Part shown: one piece after another, positions 17,749 through 28,378 of the stretch | How the letters are laid out: each line of letters opens with the position of its first letter | Position numbering within the stretch: position 1 is the first letter of the stretch | Origin: an uncultured Draconibacterium sp. | GTDB lineage: Bacteria; Bacteroidota; Bacteroidia; Bacteroidales; Prolixibacteraceae | NCBI GenBank assembly: GCA_963677455.1 | Contig: OY781971.1 | Span: 5,889,180 to 5,953,179 of the forward strand | Reading direction: 5' to 3' | DNA length: 64,000 nucleotides | The notes under the pieces: model-generated | What the model saw: the letters and a program-made list of their open reading frames with translations, nothing else | What the model was told of the DNA's origin: nothing | Databases searched by the model: none | Program-made: the position numbers and the translations under genes

Positions 17749-20700
17749 ATGAAAAAACTTGCACTTGTTATGATTGCTGTGGTATTGGTATCCACGGTAA
17801 GTTTTGCAAAAAAGAAAGAAGACGAAAAGAAGGAAGAAAAGAAGCCATTTGTAAATTCTTCGTTGGTTAGTGGTCTGAAATGGCGCAGTATTGGTCCGGC
17901 CTGGGCGAGCGGTCGTATTGCCGATTTTGCGATGAATCCGGATAATCCTAAGGAGTATTATGTAGGAGTTGCGAGTGGTAACGTATGGAAAACCACGAAC
18001 AACGGAACGACATGGAAACCGATCTTTGATAATTACGGATCGTATTCTATCGGAGTGGTTGAACTCGACCCGAATAATCCGAATGTGGTTTGGATTGGAA
18101 CCGGTGAAAATAACCACCAGCGTGCTCTAGGTTATGGCGATGGTGTTTACAAATCAATGGATGGAGGAAAATCGTTCAAAAATATGGGCTTGAAAGAAAG
18201 CCGTCAGATTGGCGGAATTGTGATCGATCCGCGTAACTCTGATGTAGTTTTTGTTGCAGCGGAGGGGGCAGCCTGGGGACCTGGAGAAGAGCGTGGTCTC
18301 TATAAATCAACCGATGGTGGCGAAACCTGGAACAAAGTACTAGAGATCAGTGAAAATACTGGAGTAAACAATGTGGTGATCGATCCTTCAAACCCTGATA
18401 TTATGTATGCTACTTCTGAACAACGCCGACGTACATCGTTCACCAAAATAGGCGGAGGACCGGAGTCTGCAGTTTACAAATCGACTGATGCTGGTGAAAA
18501 CTGGCGCAAAATTACAAAAGGCCTTCCAGGTGTTGATCTTGGAGGAATGGGGATTGATGTGTCGCCGGTAGATCCGAATGTGGTTTATCTGATTGTTGAA
18601 GCTGCAGAAGATAAAGGCGGGTTTTTCCGTTCAACAGATAAAGGAGAGAGCTGGGAGAAAATGAGTGATTATCATTCCAGCGGACAGTATTACAACGAAA
18701 TTGTGTGCGACCCGAAAGATGTAGATAAAGTTTATTCAACCGAAACAGTCTCTAAAGTAACGGTTGACGGTGGGAAAAACTGGACAAGCATTAGCACCCG
18801 TGGCCGTCATGTTGATGATCATGCAATTTGGATTGATCCGTCGGATACAGATCATTTCATTATTGGTGGCGACGGAGGTATCTATGAAACCTGGGACAGT
18901 GGTGCTACTTTCGATTTTAAAGAAAACCTACCGATAACGCAGTTTTATCGTGTATTTGTTGATGATGCAGAACCCTTTTATAATGTTTACGGAGGTACAC
19001 AGGATAACAATTCTATGGGCGGTCCTTCTCAAACGATAAGCAGAAGCGGTGTTACCAACGACGAATGGTATGTTACAATGGGTGGAGATGGTTTCTGGTT
19101 AGCTACCGAACCGGGTAATTCGGATATTGTTTATACCGAGTACCAGTACGGAAACATGTATCGTTACGATAGAAAAAGTGAAGAAACCATCAATATAAAA
19201 CCGCGCGAAAGAAAGGGAGAGTTAACGTACAAATGGAACTGGAATGCGCCACTGATTGTAAGTGCGCATCAGAAAACGCGCTTGTATGTTGCCGCAAACA
19301 AAGTATTTAAGAGTACCGACCGTGGAAACTCATGGGAAGTGATTAGTGACGATTTGACCGCACAGGTTGATAGAAACAGTTTTCCGGTGATGGGAAAATA
19401 CTGGCCTGCCGATGCGGTTGCAAAAGACGTTTCAACTTCGCAGTGGGGAACCATTGTTTCGCTGGCCGAATCGCCTATTAAAGACGGATTACTTTATGCA
19501 GGAACCGACGACGGTGTAATTTCTGTTACTGAGAACGATGGCGAAAGCTGGACACAGGTAAAATCTTTTCCTGGTGTTCCTGAATATACTTACGTAAGTG
19601 ATATTTTTGCCGATCGTTTTGATGAGAGCATTGTTTATGCCACTTTCGATAACTTAAAGCGCGACGACTTTAAACCATACGTTTATAAAAGTACTGACAA
19701 AGGAAAAACTTGGGTGAATATTTCGGGTAATCTGCCTGAAAACGGAACGGTTCATACCATCGTTCAAGATCATGTTCGTCCTGAGTTGTTATTTGTAGGA
19801 ACCGAATTTGCCATTTACTTTACGATCGATAACGGTGCAAACTGGGTAGAACTAAAATCAGGCTTACCAACTATTCCTGTTCGGGATATTGCCATTCAGG
19901 AACGGGAAAACGACCTGGTAATTGCAACATTTGGCCGCGGTTTCTATATTCTTGATGACTACAGCCCACTTCGTAAAGTTAGTCCCGAACTGGAAAACGA
20001 AACAGCTAGGATTTTCCCGATAAAAGATGCATTGATGTATATTCAAACCAGCGGGAAAAGTAACCAGGGAAGTACCTATTTTCAGTCTAAAAACCCTGAA
20101 TACGGAGCAGTATTTACCTATTTTCTGAAAGAGGTGCCAAAAACAAAAGAACAGTTGCGTAAGGAGAAAGAGAAGGAGTTGTTTAAGGAAGGTAAACCAA
20201 TTCCGCAACCGACCTGGAGAGAACTGCAATTGGAAGAAAAAGCAGAAAAAACACATCTGATATTTACAATTTATGATTTGGATGGCAACGTAGTCAATCA
20301 GTTTACAAAAGCAGCCTCGAAAGGGATTAATCGGACAACCTGGAATATGACCTATGCTTCAACTGCTAATTCCAGAATTCGTGGAGATTTTAACCCGATC
20401 GGTGGGGGAGGAAGAGGTATTATGGTGATGCCGGGCAATTACAAAGTGGGGCTTAAAATGTGGCACGAAGGCGAACTTACTGAATTGGTGGAACCTGTTG
20501 AGTTTACCTGCAAGAAGCTAAACAATACAACACTGCCAGCAGAAGATTACAACGAGAACGTTGAGTTTGCAGAGAAAGTAAATAAACTTGCCTTAGCTGT
20601 GGTTGGAGCTGGCCGCTTAATTTCGGACAACATGGCCAAAGTGGAACAAATTAAACAGGCTATTTATGCAACTCCCGGCGCCAGCCAGAAACTGATGGAT

Positions 20701-21024
20701 AAAGCTCGCGCATTGGGCGTTCAGCTAGAAAAACTGAATTTTACAATGAATGGCCTTCCTGCTAAGGCCAGTGGCGAAGAAGTTCCGCCGGAACAAGTAC
20801 CGCTTAACGACCGTTTAAGTTCAATTTCATATACACATATGGGATCAACAGCTGGGATTACTACAACCGAAAAACAATCATACGATATTTTGGCAGAAGA
20901 ATTTCCTCCTGTTTTGGAAGAATTGAAATCGATTGTTGAGAATGATATTCCGGCTCTTGAAGCTGAGCTGAATAAAATTGGCGCTCCCTGGACTCCCGGA
21001 CGTATAATCGAATGGAAGAAATAA
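17749..21024 (+). CDS. Secreted BNR/Asp-box beta-propeller protein (VPS10/sortilin-like, often annotated glycosyl hydrolase)
   Basis: Signal peptide; WRSIGP...SGRI; many S-x-D-x-G-x-T-W repeats; GGTQDN; coiled C-terminus. Confidence 0.85.
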   Translation: MKKLALVMIAVVLVSTVSFAKKKEDEKKEEKKPFVNSSLVSGLKWRSIGPAWASGRIADFAMNPDNPKEYYVGVASGNVWKTTNNGTTWKPIFDNYGSYSIGVVELDPNNPNVVWIGTGENNHQRALGYGDGVYKSMDGGKSFKNMGLKESRQIGGIVIDPRNSDVVFVAAEGAAWGPGEERGLYKSTDGGETWNKVLEISENTGVNNVVIDPSNPDIMYATSEQRRRTSFTKIGGGPESAVYKSTDAGENWRKITKGLPGVDLGGMGIDVSPVDPNVVYLIVEAAEDKGGFFRSTDKGESWEKMSDYHSSGQYYNEIVCDPKDVDKVYSTETVSKVTVDGGKNWTSISTRGRHVDDHAIWIDPSDTDHFIIGGDGGIYETWDSGATFDFKENLPITQFYRVFVDDAEPFYNVYGGTQDNNSMGGPSQTISRSGVTNDEWYVTMGGDGFWLATEPGNSDIVYTEYQYGNMYRYDRKSEETINIKPRERKGELTYKWNWNAPLIVSAHQKTRLYVAANKVFKSTDRGNSWEVISDDLTAQVDRNSFPVMGKYWPADAVAKDVSTSQWGTIVSLAESPIKDGLLYAGTDDGVISVTENDGESWTQVKSFPGVPEYTYVSDIFADRFDESIVYATFDNLKRDDFKPYVYKSTDKGKTWVNISGNLPENGTVHTIVQDHVRPELLFVGTEFAIYFTIDNGANWVELKSGLPTIPVRDIAIQERENDLVIATFGRGFYILDDYSPLRKVSPELENETARIFPIKDALMYIQTSGKSNQGSTYFQSKNPEYGAVFTYFLKEVPKTKEQLRKEKEKELFKEGKPIPQPTWRELQLEEKAEKTHLIFTIYDLDGNVVNQFTKAASKGINRTTWNMTYASTANSRIRGDFNPIGGGGRGIMVMPGNYKVGLKMWHEGELTELVEPVEFTCKKLNNTTLPAEDYNENVEFAEKVNKLALAVVGAGRLISDNMAKVEQIKQAIYATPGASQKLMDKARALGVQLEKLNFTMNGLPAKASGEEVPPEQVPLNDRLSSISYTHMGSTAGITTTEKQSYDILAEEFPPVLEELKSIVENDIPALEAELNKIGAPWTPGRIIEWKK

Positions 21025-21401
21025 GATAATGCCGGAAAGCTAAGCTGGAGCTTTATGCTATTCATCCGATGACTGTCAGAAGATGGTTTTCGGGTGAATT
21101 TGTTTTTGGGCTGTTTGGTTTTGTTTTGATATATAGTGCTTTAAGGTTCGTTGGGGCTGAGTGCAGTAAATTCTTTTTTGGTTTTTTGCAAAAAAAATGG
21201 TACTGTGTCGCTTTCAGCTACAAAATCATTATTGATTATGCACATTACAGATTGTCCTATTGTTGAATTGATTGAAGCGTTAAACTATATCTCTGTTTAT
21301 TAATGGAAAACAGAAATAGTTTGGCTTTTAAGTGAGATTAGTGAGGTGATGATAATCTGAAAAAAAAGATAAAAACAAGCTTAGAGCAATAACAACAAAT
21401 T

Positions 21402-23063
21402 ATGGCAAAAGAAGAAAAAGCACCTCACGAAGGTGAAGCTCACTTGGTAAGCACCAAAAAGTATTTTGATGTAGACGGACCAGTTTTTTGGCCGGCAGCA
21501 ATAGTAATTATTCTATTTATTGCAATTACATTAATTGTTGGTGAACCAATGAATGAGGTTTTCGCAACAATTCAAACTTCAATTTCAAATTATGGCGGAT
21601 GGTTTTTTGTGATCAGTGTTAATATATTCCTGTTTTTTGTACTTTTTATCGCCTTTAGTAAATATGGTAGTATCCGACTGGGAGGCCCTAAAGCTAAGCC
21701 CGAATTTTCTAAAGGTGCCTGGTTTGCTATGTTATTTAGTGCGGGAATGGGAATTGGTATTTTGTTTTGGAGTGTAGGCGAACCTATAAACCATTTTATT
21801 AGTCCTCCTGAAGGTGTGGCACGATCAACCGAAGCTGCCCGGACATCAATGGAAATGACTTTTCTGCACTGGGGCTTACATGCCTGGGGAATTTACGCAC
21901 TGGTAGGTATGGCACTGGCTTTTTTTACGTTTAATAAGAAGTTACCGCTTACCATCAGCTCCATATTTTATCCGCTTTTGGGAAACAAGGTTTATGGTCC
22001 GTTGGGAAAAGCAATTAATGTACTGGCGGTAGTTGCTACACTTTTCGGCCTTGCTACTTCGTTAGGAATGGGTGTGCAACAGGTTAGTGCCGGATTGGCG
22101 CATCTTTTTAATATGCCCGACACAATCACTTCTCAGGTGATTCTGATCGTCTTAATTACTTTTGCAGCTACCGCATCAGTAGTAGCAGGTCTTAGTGGTG
22201 GTGTAAAGCGCTTAAGTGAGATAAACATCATAATTGCAGCGGTGTTTCTGTTGTTTATGATTATTGTAGGGCCAACGCTATTTATATTCGATTCTTTTAT
22301 TCAAAATCTTGGCGAGTATGTTCAGAACTTTTTTGAACTGTCGACATGGACAGAAACCTATCAGCAATCGAACTGGCAAAACGATTGGACTGTTTTTTAT
22401 TGGGCCTGGTGGGTTAGCTGGTCGCCGTTTGTAGGAATGTTTATTGCCCGTATCTCACGAGGAAGAACCTTAAAGGAATTCGTACTTGGGGTTTTAATTG
22501 TACCAACGCTACTGACATTTTTATGGCTTTCAACTTTTGGCGGTAGCGCTATGTTCTTGGAGTTGAATTCGATGGCCGACATTGCCGGTGCGGTAACTGA
22601 TAATATTGCTACATCGCTGTATGTTCTGCTGGAGCAGTTCCCTATTTCTGGGATAACATCTACGGTTGGTGTGCTTTTGGTAACCAGCTTTTTTATCACT
22701 TCTTCCGACTCGGGCTCGTTAGTCGTCGACTCATTAACGGCAGGAGGGAAATTGGATGCTCCTGTTCCGCAGCGAATTTTCTGGGCTTTAACAGAAGGAG
22801 CTGTTGCTGCAGTTTTATTGGTTGGTGGTGGACTTGGTGCTTTGCAAACTGCCGCTATTTCAACCGGATTACCATTTGCCATTATTTTACTTTTTGTGGT
22901 ATGGAGTTTAATAAAGGGATTACGGGAAGAACACCAGGGATTAATGGAGATAAAACGCGTAAAAGAGCAAGACCGGTATCAGGAAATAATTTCTAAGATG
23001 CTACAAAAGCGCGGACAAATAAAGTCTCCGCCAAAACCACAATCAAATAAAGATAATTTATAA
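21402..23063 (+). CDS. BCCT-family (betaine/carnitine/choline) transporter
   Basis: WFAMLFSAGMGIG, FLHWGLHAW, YWAWWVSWSPFVGMFIARISRGRT, FFITSSDSG. Confidence 0.96.
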   Translation: MAKEEKAPHEGEAHLVSTKKYFDVDGPVFWPAAIVIILFIAITLIVGEPMNEVFATIQTSISNYGGWFFVISVNIFLFFVLFIAFSKYGSIRLGGPKAKPEFSKGAWFAMLFSAGMGIGILFWSVGEPINHFISPPEGVARSTEAARTSMEMTFLHWGLHAWGIYALVGMALAFFTFNKKLPLTISSIFYPLLGNKVYGPLGKAINVLAVVATLFGLATSLGMGVQQVSAGLAHLFNMPDTITSQVILIVLITFAATASVVAGLSGGVKRLSEINIIIAAVFLLFMIIVGPTLFIFDSFIQNLGEYVQNFFELSTWTETYQQSNWQNDWTVFYWAWWVSWSPFVGMFIARISRGRTLKEFVLGVLIVPTLLTFLWLSTFGGSAMFLELNSMADIAGAVTDNIATSLYVLLEQFPISGITSTVGVLLVTSFFITSSDSGSLVVDSLTAGGKLDAPVPQRIFWALTEGAVAAVLLVGGGLGALQTAAISTGLPFAIILLFVVWSLIKGLREEHQGLMEIKRVKEQDRYQEIISKMLQKRGQIKSPPKPQSNKDNL

Positions 23064-23083
23064 CCTATTTAATAAGAGTAACC

Positions 23084-24004
23084 ATGTATCAATTAAATCA
23101 TATTCTGGTATGCCTCGACCTAACCGAGATGGACGATTCCCTTATTCGGTATGCAGGATTTCTGGTAAATAAAATTAAGCCGGATAGTATAACGTTTATG
23201 CATGTAATGAGGCCTTTTGATATTCCGAAAGAGATATTGGAGGCTTTTCCGGAGATGGATGAGCCGGTGCCGGAAATCATCAGGGAAGAGCTTCATGATA
23301 AAATTTCGGAGCAGTTTAAAACTGATGTGGATGTAAAAATCACAACCAGCGTGAAGGAAGGATATCCGATAGAAACGATTGTTAAGTTCACGCAGGAAAA
23401 CAACATTACACTTACCCTGATGGGAAAGAAAATGGGTTATGAAGGTGGAGGAAGTATTGTGCGAAAAACATTGGGAATTATTCCTTCATCCGTGTTACTC
23501 GTAAGTGAAACCGTTCACGAGAGAATTGAAAATCTTTTGGTACGGATGGATTTCTCAAAAGTTAGTGAAATGGCCCTGCAAATGGCGCTTCGTTTAAAAG
23601 AATTAACCGATGCGAAAGTGGCTTGTCATCATGTGCACCGTTTGCCACTTAGCTATTTTCCACAAACACAACCAGAAGACGATGAGAAACTTCAGCGCTA
23701 TGTAGAAAAGGTTAGTCAGAAAGAGTTTCAGAAGTTTGTGAAGCGTTATAAACACGAACAGGATGAACTTCCTTTTTCTTATTCGCTAGATGTTGAAAAC
23801 GACGAAGCTCAGATTTTGTATCGACGCGCACTAACAACAGGTGCCGATATGATTGTAATTGGTTCGATAATAAGATCGGAGTTGGCAGATATTATTGTTG
23901 ATTCAACCTCAGAAAAACTGGCCGAATCCGAAAAAAATATTCCGGTTTTTATTGTTAACGACCGGAAGCAATCGGTGGGATTCTTAAAATCATTATTCAA
24001 ATAA
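23084..24004 (+). CDS. Tandem-domain universal stress protein
   Basis: ILVCLDLT...GYPIETIV...LMGKKMG; second domain LLVRMDFS...ADMIVIGS. Confidence 0.85.
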   Translation: MYQLNHILVCLDLTEMDDSLIRYAGFLVNKIKPDSITFMHVMRPFDIPKEILEAFPEMDEPVPEIIREELHDKISEQFKTDVDVKITTSVKEGYPIETIVKFTQENNITLTLMGKKMGYEGGGSIVRKTLGIIPSSVLLVSETVHERIENLLVRMDFSKVSEMALQMALRLKELTDAKVACHHVHRLPLSYFPQTQPEDDEKLQRYVEKVSQKEFQKFVKRYKHEQDELPFSYSLDVENDEAQILYRRALTTGADMIVIGSIIRSELADIIVDSTSEKLAESEKNIPVFIVNDRKQSVGFLKSLFK

Positions 24005-24017
24005 AAACAGCAACAAA

Positions 24018-24899
24018 ATGGTACAGTATTTATCAAAAGCAAATGTATTGGCGCTGTCGTTATTGCTTGTATTTCTTGCATCGTGCAATAACAAAACGGA
24101 TGAGGAAAGTGACAGAACTCTGGAGATTGTTTATACAGATTGGTCGGAAAGTGTGGCTATTACCTATCTGTCGTATGTTTTATTGGAAGAAAAGATGGAT
24201 TACAAGGTTACACTGAAGTTAACCGATGTAGAAACAGCCTACAAAGAGGTGGGAACTAATAAAGCCGATGTATTTACTGATGCATGGTTGCCAGAAACAC
24301 AAAAGCAATATTACAAAAAGTATAAGGACGAGATTGAGTTACTCGGAATTACTTATCCTGAGGCACATACCGGATTGGTTGTTCCCGCCTATAGTCAGTT
24401 AAAAACGATAGCCGATCTGCAAAGCTATCCGCATCCGATTATCGGGATTGATGCCGGTGCCGGAGTAATGCAGAAAACGCAGGCGGCAATTACCAAATAC
24501 GAATTGAAAAATCGACTATTAGATCTTTCTGAGGAAATAATGCTTAAACAGTTGGAAGATTCGATTCAAAGAAGGAAGGAAATAGTTATTACCGGTTGGG
24601 AGCCACATTGGATATTTGCGCGTTACGATGTACGTTTTTTGGAAGATCCGGATAATATTTTTGGACAGACCGAAAATATCTATACCATTGCTAATAAAAA
24701 TCTGCAGGAAACACATCCTAATGCCGTTCGATTTTTCGAGCGTATGCAGTTAACTGAAAAGCAACTCAACAGCCTGGTTTACGAAGTTAGCTTAAGCGAA
24801 GATCCTGTAAACGGTGCCAAAGCCTGGATTGCACAAAATGAATTTGTGGTTAATCAATGGATTAAAAACCTCACGAAAGAGCGGAAAAAGATTATGTAG
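24018..24899 (+). CDS. Glycine-betaine-type substrate-binding lipoprotein (OpuAC/ProX-like)
   Basis: Lipobox LASC; WSESVA, DAWLPETQ, GIDAGAG, GWEPHWIF, LEDPDNIFG. Confidence 0.9.
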   Translation: MVQYLSKANVLALSLLLVFLASCNNKTDEESDRTLEIVYTDWSESVAITYLSYVLLEEKMDYKVTLKLTDVETAYKEVGTNKADVFTDAWLPETQKQYYKKYKDEIELLGITYPEAHTGLVVPAYSQLKTIADLQSYPHPIIGIDAGAGVMQKTQAAITKYELKNRLLDLSEEIMLKQLEDSIQRRKEIVITGWEPHWIFARYDVRFLEDPDNIFGQTENIYTIANKNLQETHPNAVRFFERMQLTEKQLNSLVYEVSLSEDPVNGAKAWIAQNEFVVNQWIKNLTKERKKIM

Positions 24900-25320
24900 G
24901 GTCTGTTAAAAGATTTTAGTTGAAGTTTTTATCGTTGCGCATTTTTGTGGTAGTATTTCTCTCGAAAGGTAAAGGGATGAAACGATTATACAACACAGCT
25001 ATCTTCCTATCGTTCCTTTTCTAATTTTTATCATTTCGAATAGTTACCCTCATTCTAATGAAACAGAAAGCTCTCTGTTGATCTGTTTCTAATACTTATT
25101 ATTCTGAGTTTTCATAATTAAAAACATACCCTGAATCTATTCGGGGGCACTTTAAGTGGTTGATTATCATATTGAAGTTGCTTAAGCTTGTCTGAAGGCG
25201 GTCAGGAGTTTAGCATGATAGGCTAGTGCAAAATAAGATAGAACGAGAATTTAATCACGCTATTTATAAATGTGATTTAATCAGGGTTCTATGCTTTGTA
25301 TTTCCTCTTTTCAAAGTGTA

Positions 25321-25386
25321 AACTATTCTTTTTAGTTTATTAACTATTAAAAATAGTTGATAAACTAAAAAATATAGTTATATTTG
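25321..25386 (+). promoter_or_regulatory. Three tandem BlaI-type operators overlapping the promoter
   Basis: AACTA-N7-TAGTT at 25321, 25342 and 25363 (21-bp period); TATATTTG -7 box at 25379-25386. Confidence 0.78.
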
Positions 25387-25439
25387 TTTTGTAGTTTAAA
25401 GTTTCACTACTCAAAACTCAATTTTAAAAGACTGATAAG

Positions 25440-25811
25440 ATGAAGAAGCTTACGCAAAAAGAAGAAGAGATAATGAATTTCTTTTGGGAGAAAGGCCCAA
25501 TGTTTGTTAAGGAATTACAAGCCTTATACGCCGCTCAGAAATTGCATTACAATACACTTTCTACAATGGTTCGGGCACTCGAAGAAAAAGGGTTTATCGA
25601 TCATGAGAAGTTTGGAAACACTTATCGGTATTTTGCCGCAATTACCAAAGAAGAATACAGCAAAAAAACACTGGGTAGTGTAGTGAAGAAGTATTTCGAT
25701 AACTCGTACCGAAATGTGGTTTCTACATTGGTAGAAGAGGAAAACCTGTCGCTTGACGAGCTTAAAAAATTAATTGAAGACATCGAAAAACATCAAAACA
25801 ACCCGCGATGA
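25440..25811 (+). CDS. BlaI/MecI/CopY-family repressor
   Basis: LTQKEEEIM...W, HYNTLSTMVRALEEKGFI, YFDNSY...LV. Confidence 0.95.
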   Translation: MKKLTQKEEEIMNFFWEKGPMFVKELQALYAAQKLHYNTLSTMVRALEEKGFIDHEKFGNTYRYFAAITKEEYSKKTLGSVVKKYFDNSYRNVVSTLVEEENLSLDELKKLIEDIEKHQNNPR

Positions 25812-28378
25812 CCCCATTTTTTGTTTGGCTCATAAAATCTTCGGTAAGTCTGGCACTGTTGTATGTGGTGTTTAAACTGGCAGTAAGCCGCAACAAAATG
25901 CACACTGCTAACCGCTTTGTATTGCTGGGTATTTTGCTGAGCTCTGTGTTACTTCCTTTTGCTGATGTTCCTGTTTTTCGGGAAACAACTGTAGTTCCGC
26001 AATTTGAAGTTATTCACGAATTTATTGCTACGCCACAGGAAATATCTGTTGTTTCCACACAAAATAAGATTACTGAGACGATTGCAGAAACTCCGGCGTT
26101 GTTGTCTACCATTAACTGGTGGGTGGTGCTTTACCTGTCAATGATTGGGGTGCTGGTGATTCGTCTGGTTTTTTCGATGGCGCGTGTATTGCAGATTATT
26201 CGCCGGGCGGAAAAACAAAATTTCAGGGATGTGATATTGGCTATTGTTAAAGACTTTATTCAACCTTTTTCCTTTTTGCAGCATATTGTTTTGTCGGAGA
26301 AAGATTTTGCTGAGAACAAAGACATTGTGTTAGCTCACGAATATGCACACATTCAACACAAACATGCGATAGACCTGATGATCTGCGAGCTGTTTACTGC
26401 CCTTTTCTGGTTTAATCCTTTTATGTGGCTGTTGCGCCGCGAACTAAAACTAATACACGAATACCAGGCCGATGAGGCCGTACTAAATAAAGGCATCGAT
26501 GCAAAAACATACCAACTGTTGGTTCTAAAAAAGGCTGTAGGCGAAAGACGTTTTGCCCTGGCCAACAATTTTACTCAAAAACCAATTTTAAAACGAATTA
26601 AAATGATGCACATGAAAAACAATAAGCGATGGACAAGCCTGAAACTGGCTTTGTTTGTGCCGGTGGTAGCACTGCTTTTGCAGGCTTTTGCCGAGCCTGA
26701 ATTGATTGTAAAGAAAGCAGAAGCGTATTTGCCGGTTATCGCACAGCAGGATAGTTCTCAGGTTTGGATTGATTCGTGGGTGAGCAGCAAAATGGATTGT
26801 ATAACGAGTGAAGAATATTTTAAAGACAATCAGCCTATTTCAATTACCGATTCAGATCAGCCAATAAACGAGAAAAATACATTTCATAAAAAGAATGTGT
26901 TTATTATTCTTCAGAATTCTAAGGGCGAGTTACTGGTTGAAAACGAGAGACTTGAATTGAAAGATTTAGAAAAAAACTTGGAATCTTTCTTAAAAGGGAA
27001 AAATGAAATTACACAAGAGATTCCAGATAGTCAGTCGGAAGAGTTTCCAATTATTGGTAAAGTAAATGTTTCTCAGGGAATTATTCTTTATCGCCAAGAT
27101 GTAGTTACATCATCAACGGCAACCAAATCAGTTATGAACGAGATAGCTGAAGCCATTTTGAGTGTACGACAAGAAACTGCACATGCGAAATTTAGTACCG
27201 ATTATTTTTCCTTAAGTACGGATAAAAAGGAGGTTGTAAACCAAATAATTCCCGGCACAATAAATTTTCAAATTCCTAAAGGGACGAAAAGAACTTCCGA
27301 AATAACGCCACCGCGACCTCGTCCGGTGGATATAAAAATCACCGAGGATGGGAGATACCTACTGGGTATTTTTGAACCCAAGTACCAAACAATAAAATGG
27401 AGAAAAGCACTTACAAAGAGCGAACTTCGGGATTATATAGAAAAGGGGAGACTACATGCCGCCGAAAAGACAAAAGAGTATAATAGGAAGTATCAGCAGC
27501 AAGTATTGGTTTTAGTTGAGGTAGGAGTAAATGATAGGCAGGTGAATGAGTTAAAAGAATTTCTGAGTTCATTAGACAATTTGCGGGTAGTTTTTTCTAC
27601 CGATCGTACAGAAGAGGAATTTGGCGCATTTTCAAGTTCGCAAGTTGGAAAATCTGATATAATAGTTTATGCCGACAGGATGTTAGCTTTTGATAAACCA
27701 TGTACACTTGAAGAGGTAAAAGAGAAAGTCGAAGACGGCATAAAAACAATGGATAACAAAAAAACGATATCGGTTTTGGCTTTTAGCGATGTTTCAAAGG
27801 AGAGGTTAGATGCGGTTCTCAACGAATTAAATCAAATTCCTTTTAAAAAAGTAAGTACAACGGTTTTAACAAAAGAAAAAAAGCCGGTTTCATTGGCACA
27901 GCGCAAGGTTTTGTTAAAAGCAAACGGCAAGATTGATATTGACAACAAGGAATATGATTTAAACGAGTTTCAATCGCGAATAAATGAGATTGGAAATCAG
28001 TCTTCGAAAACAAATGTTGCCTTTGAGGTGGAAGATGATGTTACGTATATTCAAATAGAAACCGTAAAGCAGATGCTGAGAGAAGCAAATTTCGATCAGG
28101 TTGGTTACAGTATTCATAAACATTATCTTCGGGATACTGAGCCGGGAACAAAAATAGGAGAAGGCTCTACGATGTTTTGGACTAGCTGGAACGGTTCACC
28201 AGATCTGGAGAGAGTTAAACGAGCAGCTGAAAATTTTCTTTCAGGAAATGGTAATCGTAGTTTGTACGCCGGTATTACTCCCGATAAAAATGCTACGAAA
28301 GAGGATATCGATGCAGTTAAACAGGTGTTACAGGATGCCGGTTTCCTGAAAGTGAGTGTCCGGGAAAGCAGGAATTGA
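25808..28378 (+). CDS. M56 (BlaR1-like) metallopeptidase with extended periplasmic ExbD-like repeats
   Basis: HEYAH zinc motif, WFNPFMW, HEYQADEAV, LKRIKMM; overlaps the blaI stop; several ExbD-like segments downstream of the last TM. Confidence 0.9.
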   Translation: MTPFFVWLIKSSVSLALLYVVFKLAVSRNKMHTANRFVLLGILLSSVLLPFADVPVFRETTVVPQFEVIHEFIATPQEISVVSTQNKITETIAETPALLSTINWWVVLYLSMIGVLVIRLVFSMARVLQIIRRAEKQNFRDVILAIVKDFIQPFSFLQHIVLSEKDFAENKDIVLAHEYAHIQHKHAIDLMICELFTALFWFNPFMWLLRRELKLIHEYQADEAVLNKGIDAKTYQLLVLKKAVGERRFALANNFTQKPILKRIKMMHMKNNKRWTSLKLALFVPVVALLLQAFAEPELIVKKAEAYLPVIAQQDSSQVWIDSWVSSKMDCITSEEYFKDNQPISITDSDQPINEKNTFHKKNVFIILQNSKGELLVENERLELKDLEKNLESFLKGKNEITQEIPDSQSEEFPIIGKVNVSQGIILYRQDVVTSSTATKSVMNEIAEAILSVRQETAHAKFSTDYFSLSTDKKEVVNQIIPGTINFQIPKGTKRTSEITPPRPRPVDIKITEDGRYLLGIFEPKYQTIKWRKALTKSELRDYIEKGRLHAAEKTKEYNRKYQQQVLVLVEVGVNDRQVNELKEFLSSLDNLRVVFSTDRTEEEFGAFSSSQVGKSDIIVYADRMLAFDKPCTLEEVKEKVEDGIKTMDNKKTISVLAFSDVSKERLDAVLNELNQIPFKKVSTTVLTKEKKPVSLAQRKVLLKANGKIDIDNKEYDLNEFQSRINEIGNQSSKTNVAFEVEDDVTYIQIETVKQMLREANFDQVGYSIHKHYLRDTEPGTKIGEGSTMFWTSWNGSPDLERVKRAAENFLSGNGNRSLYAGITPDKNATKEDIDAVKQVLQDAGFLKVSVRESRN

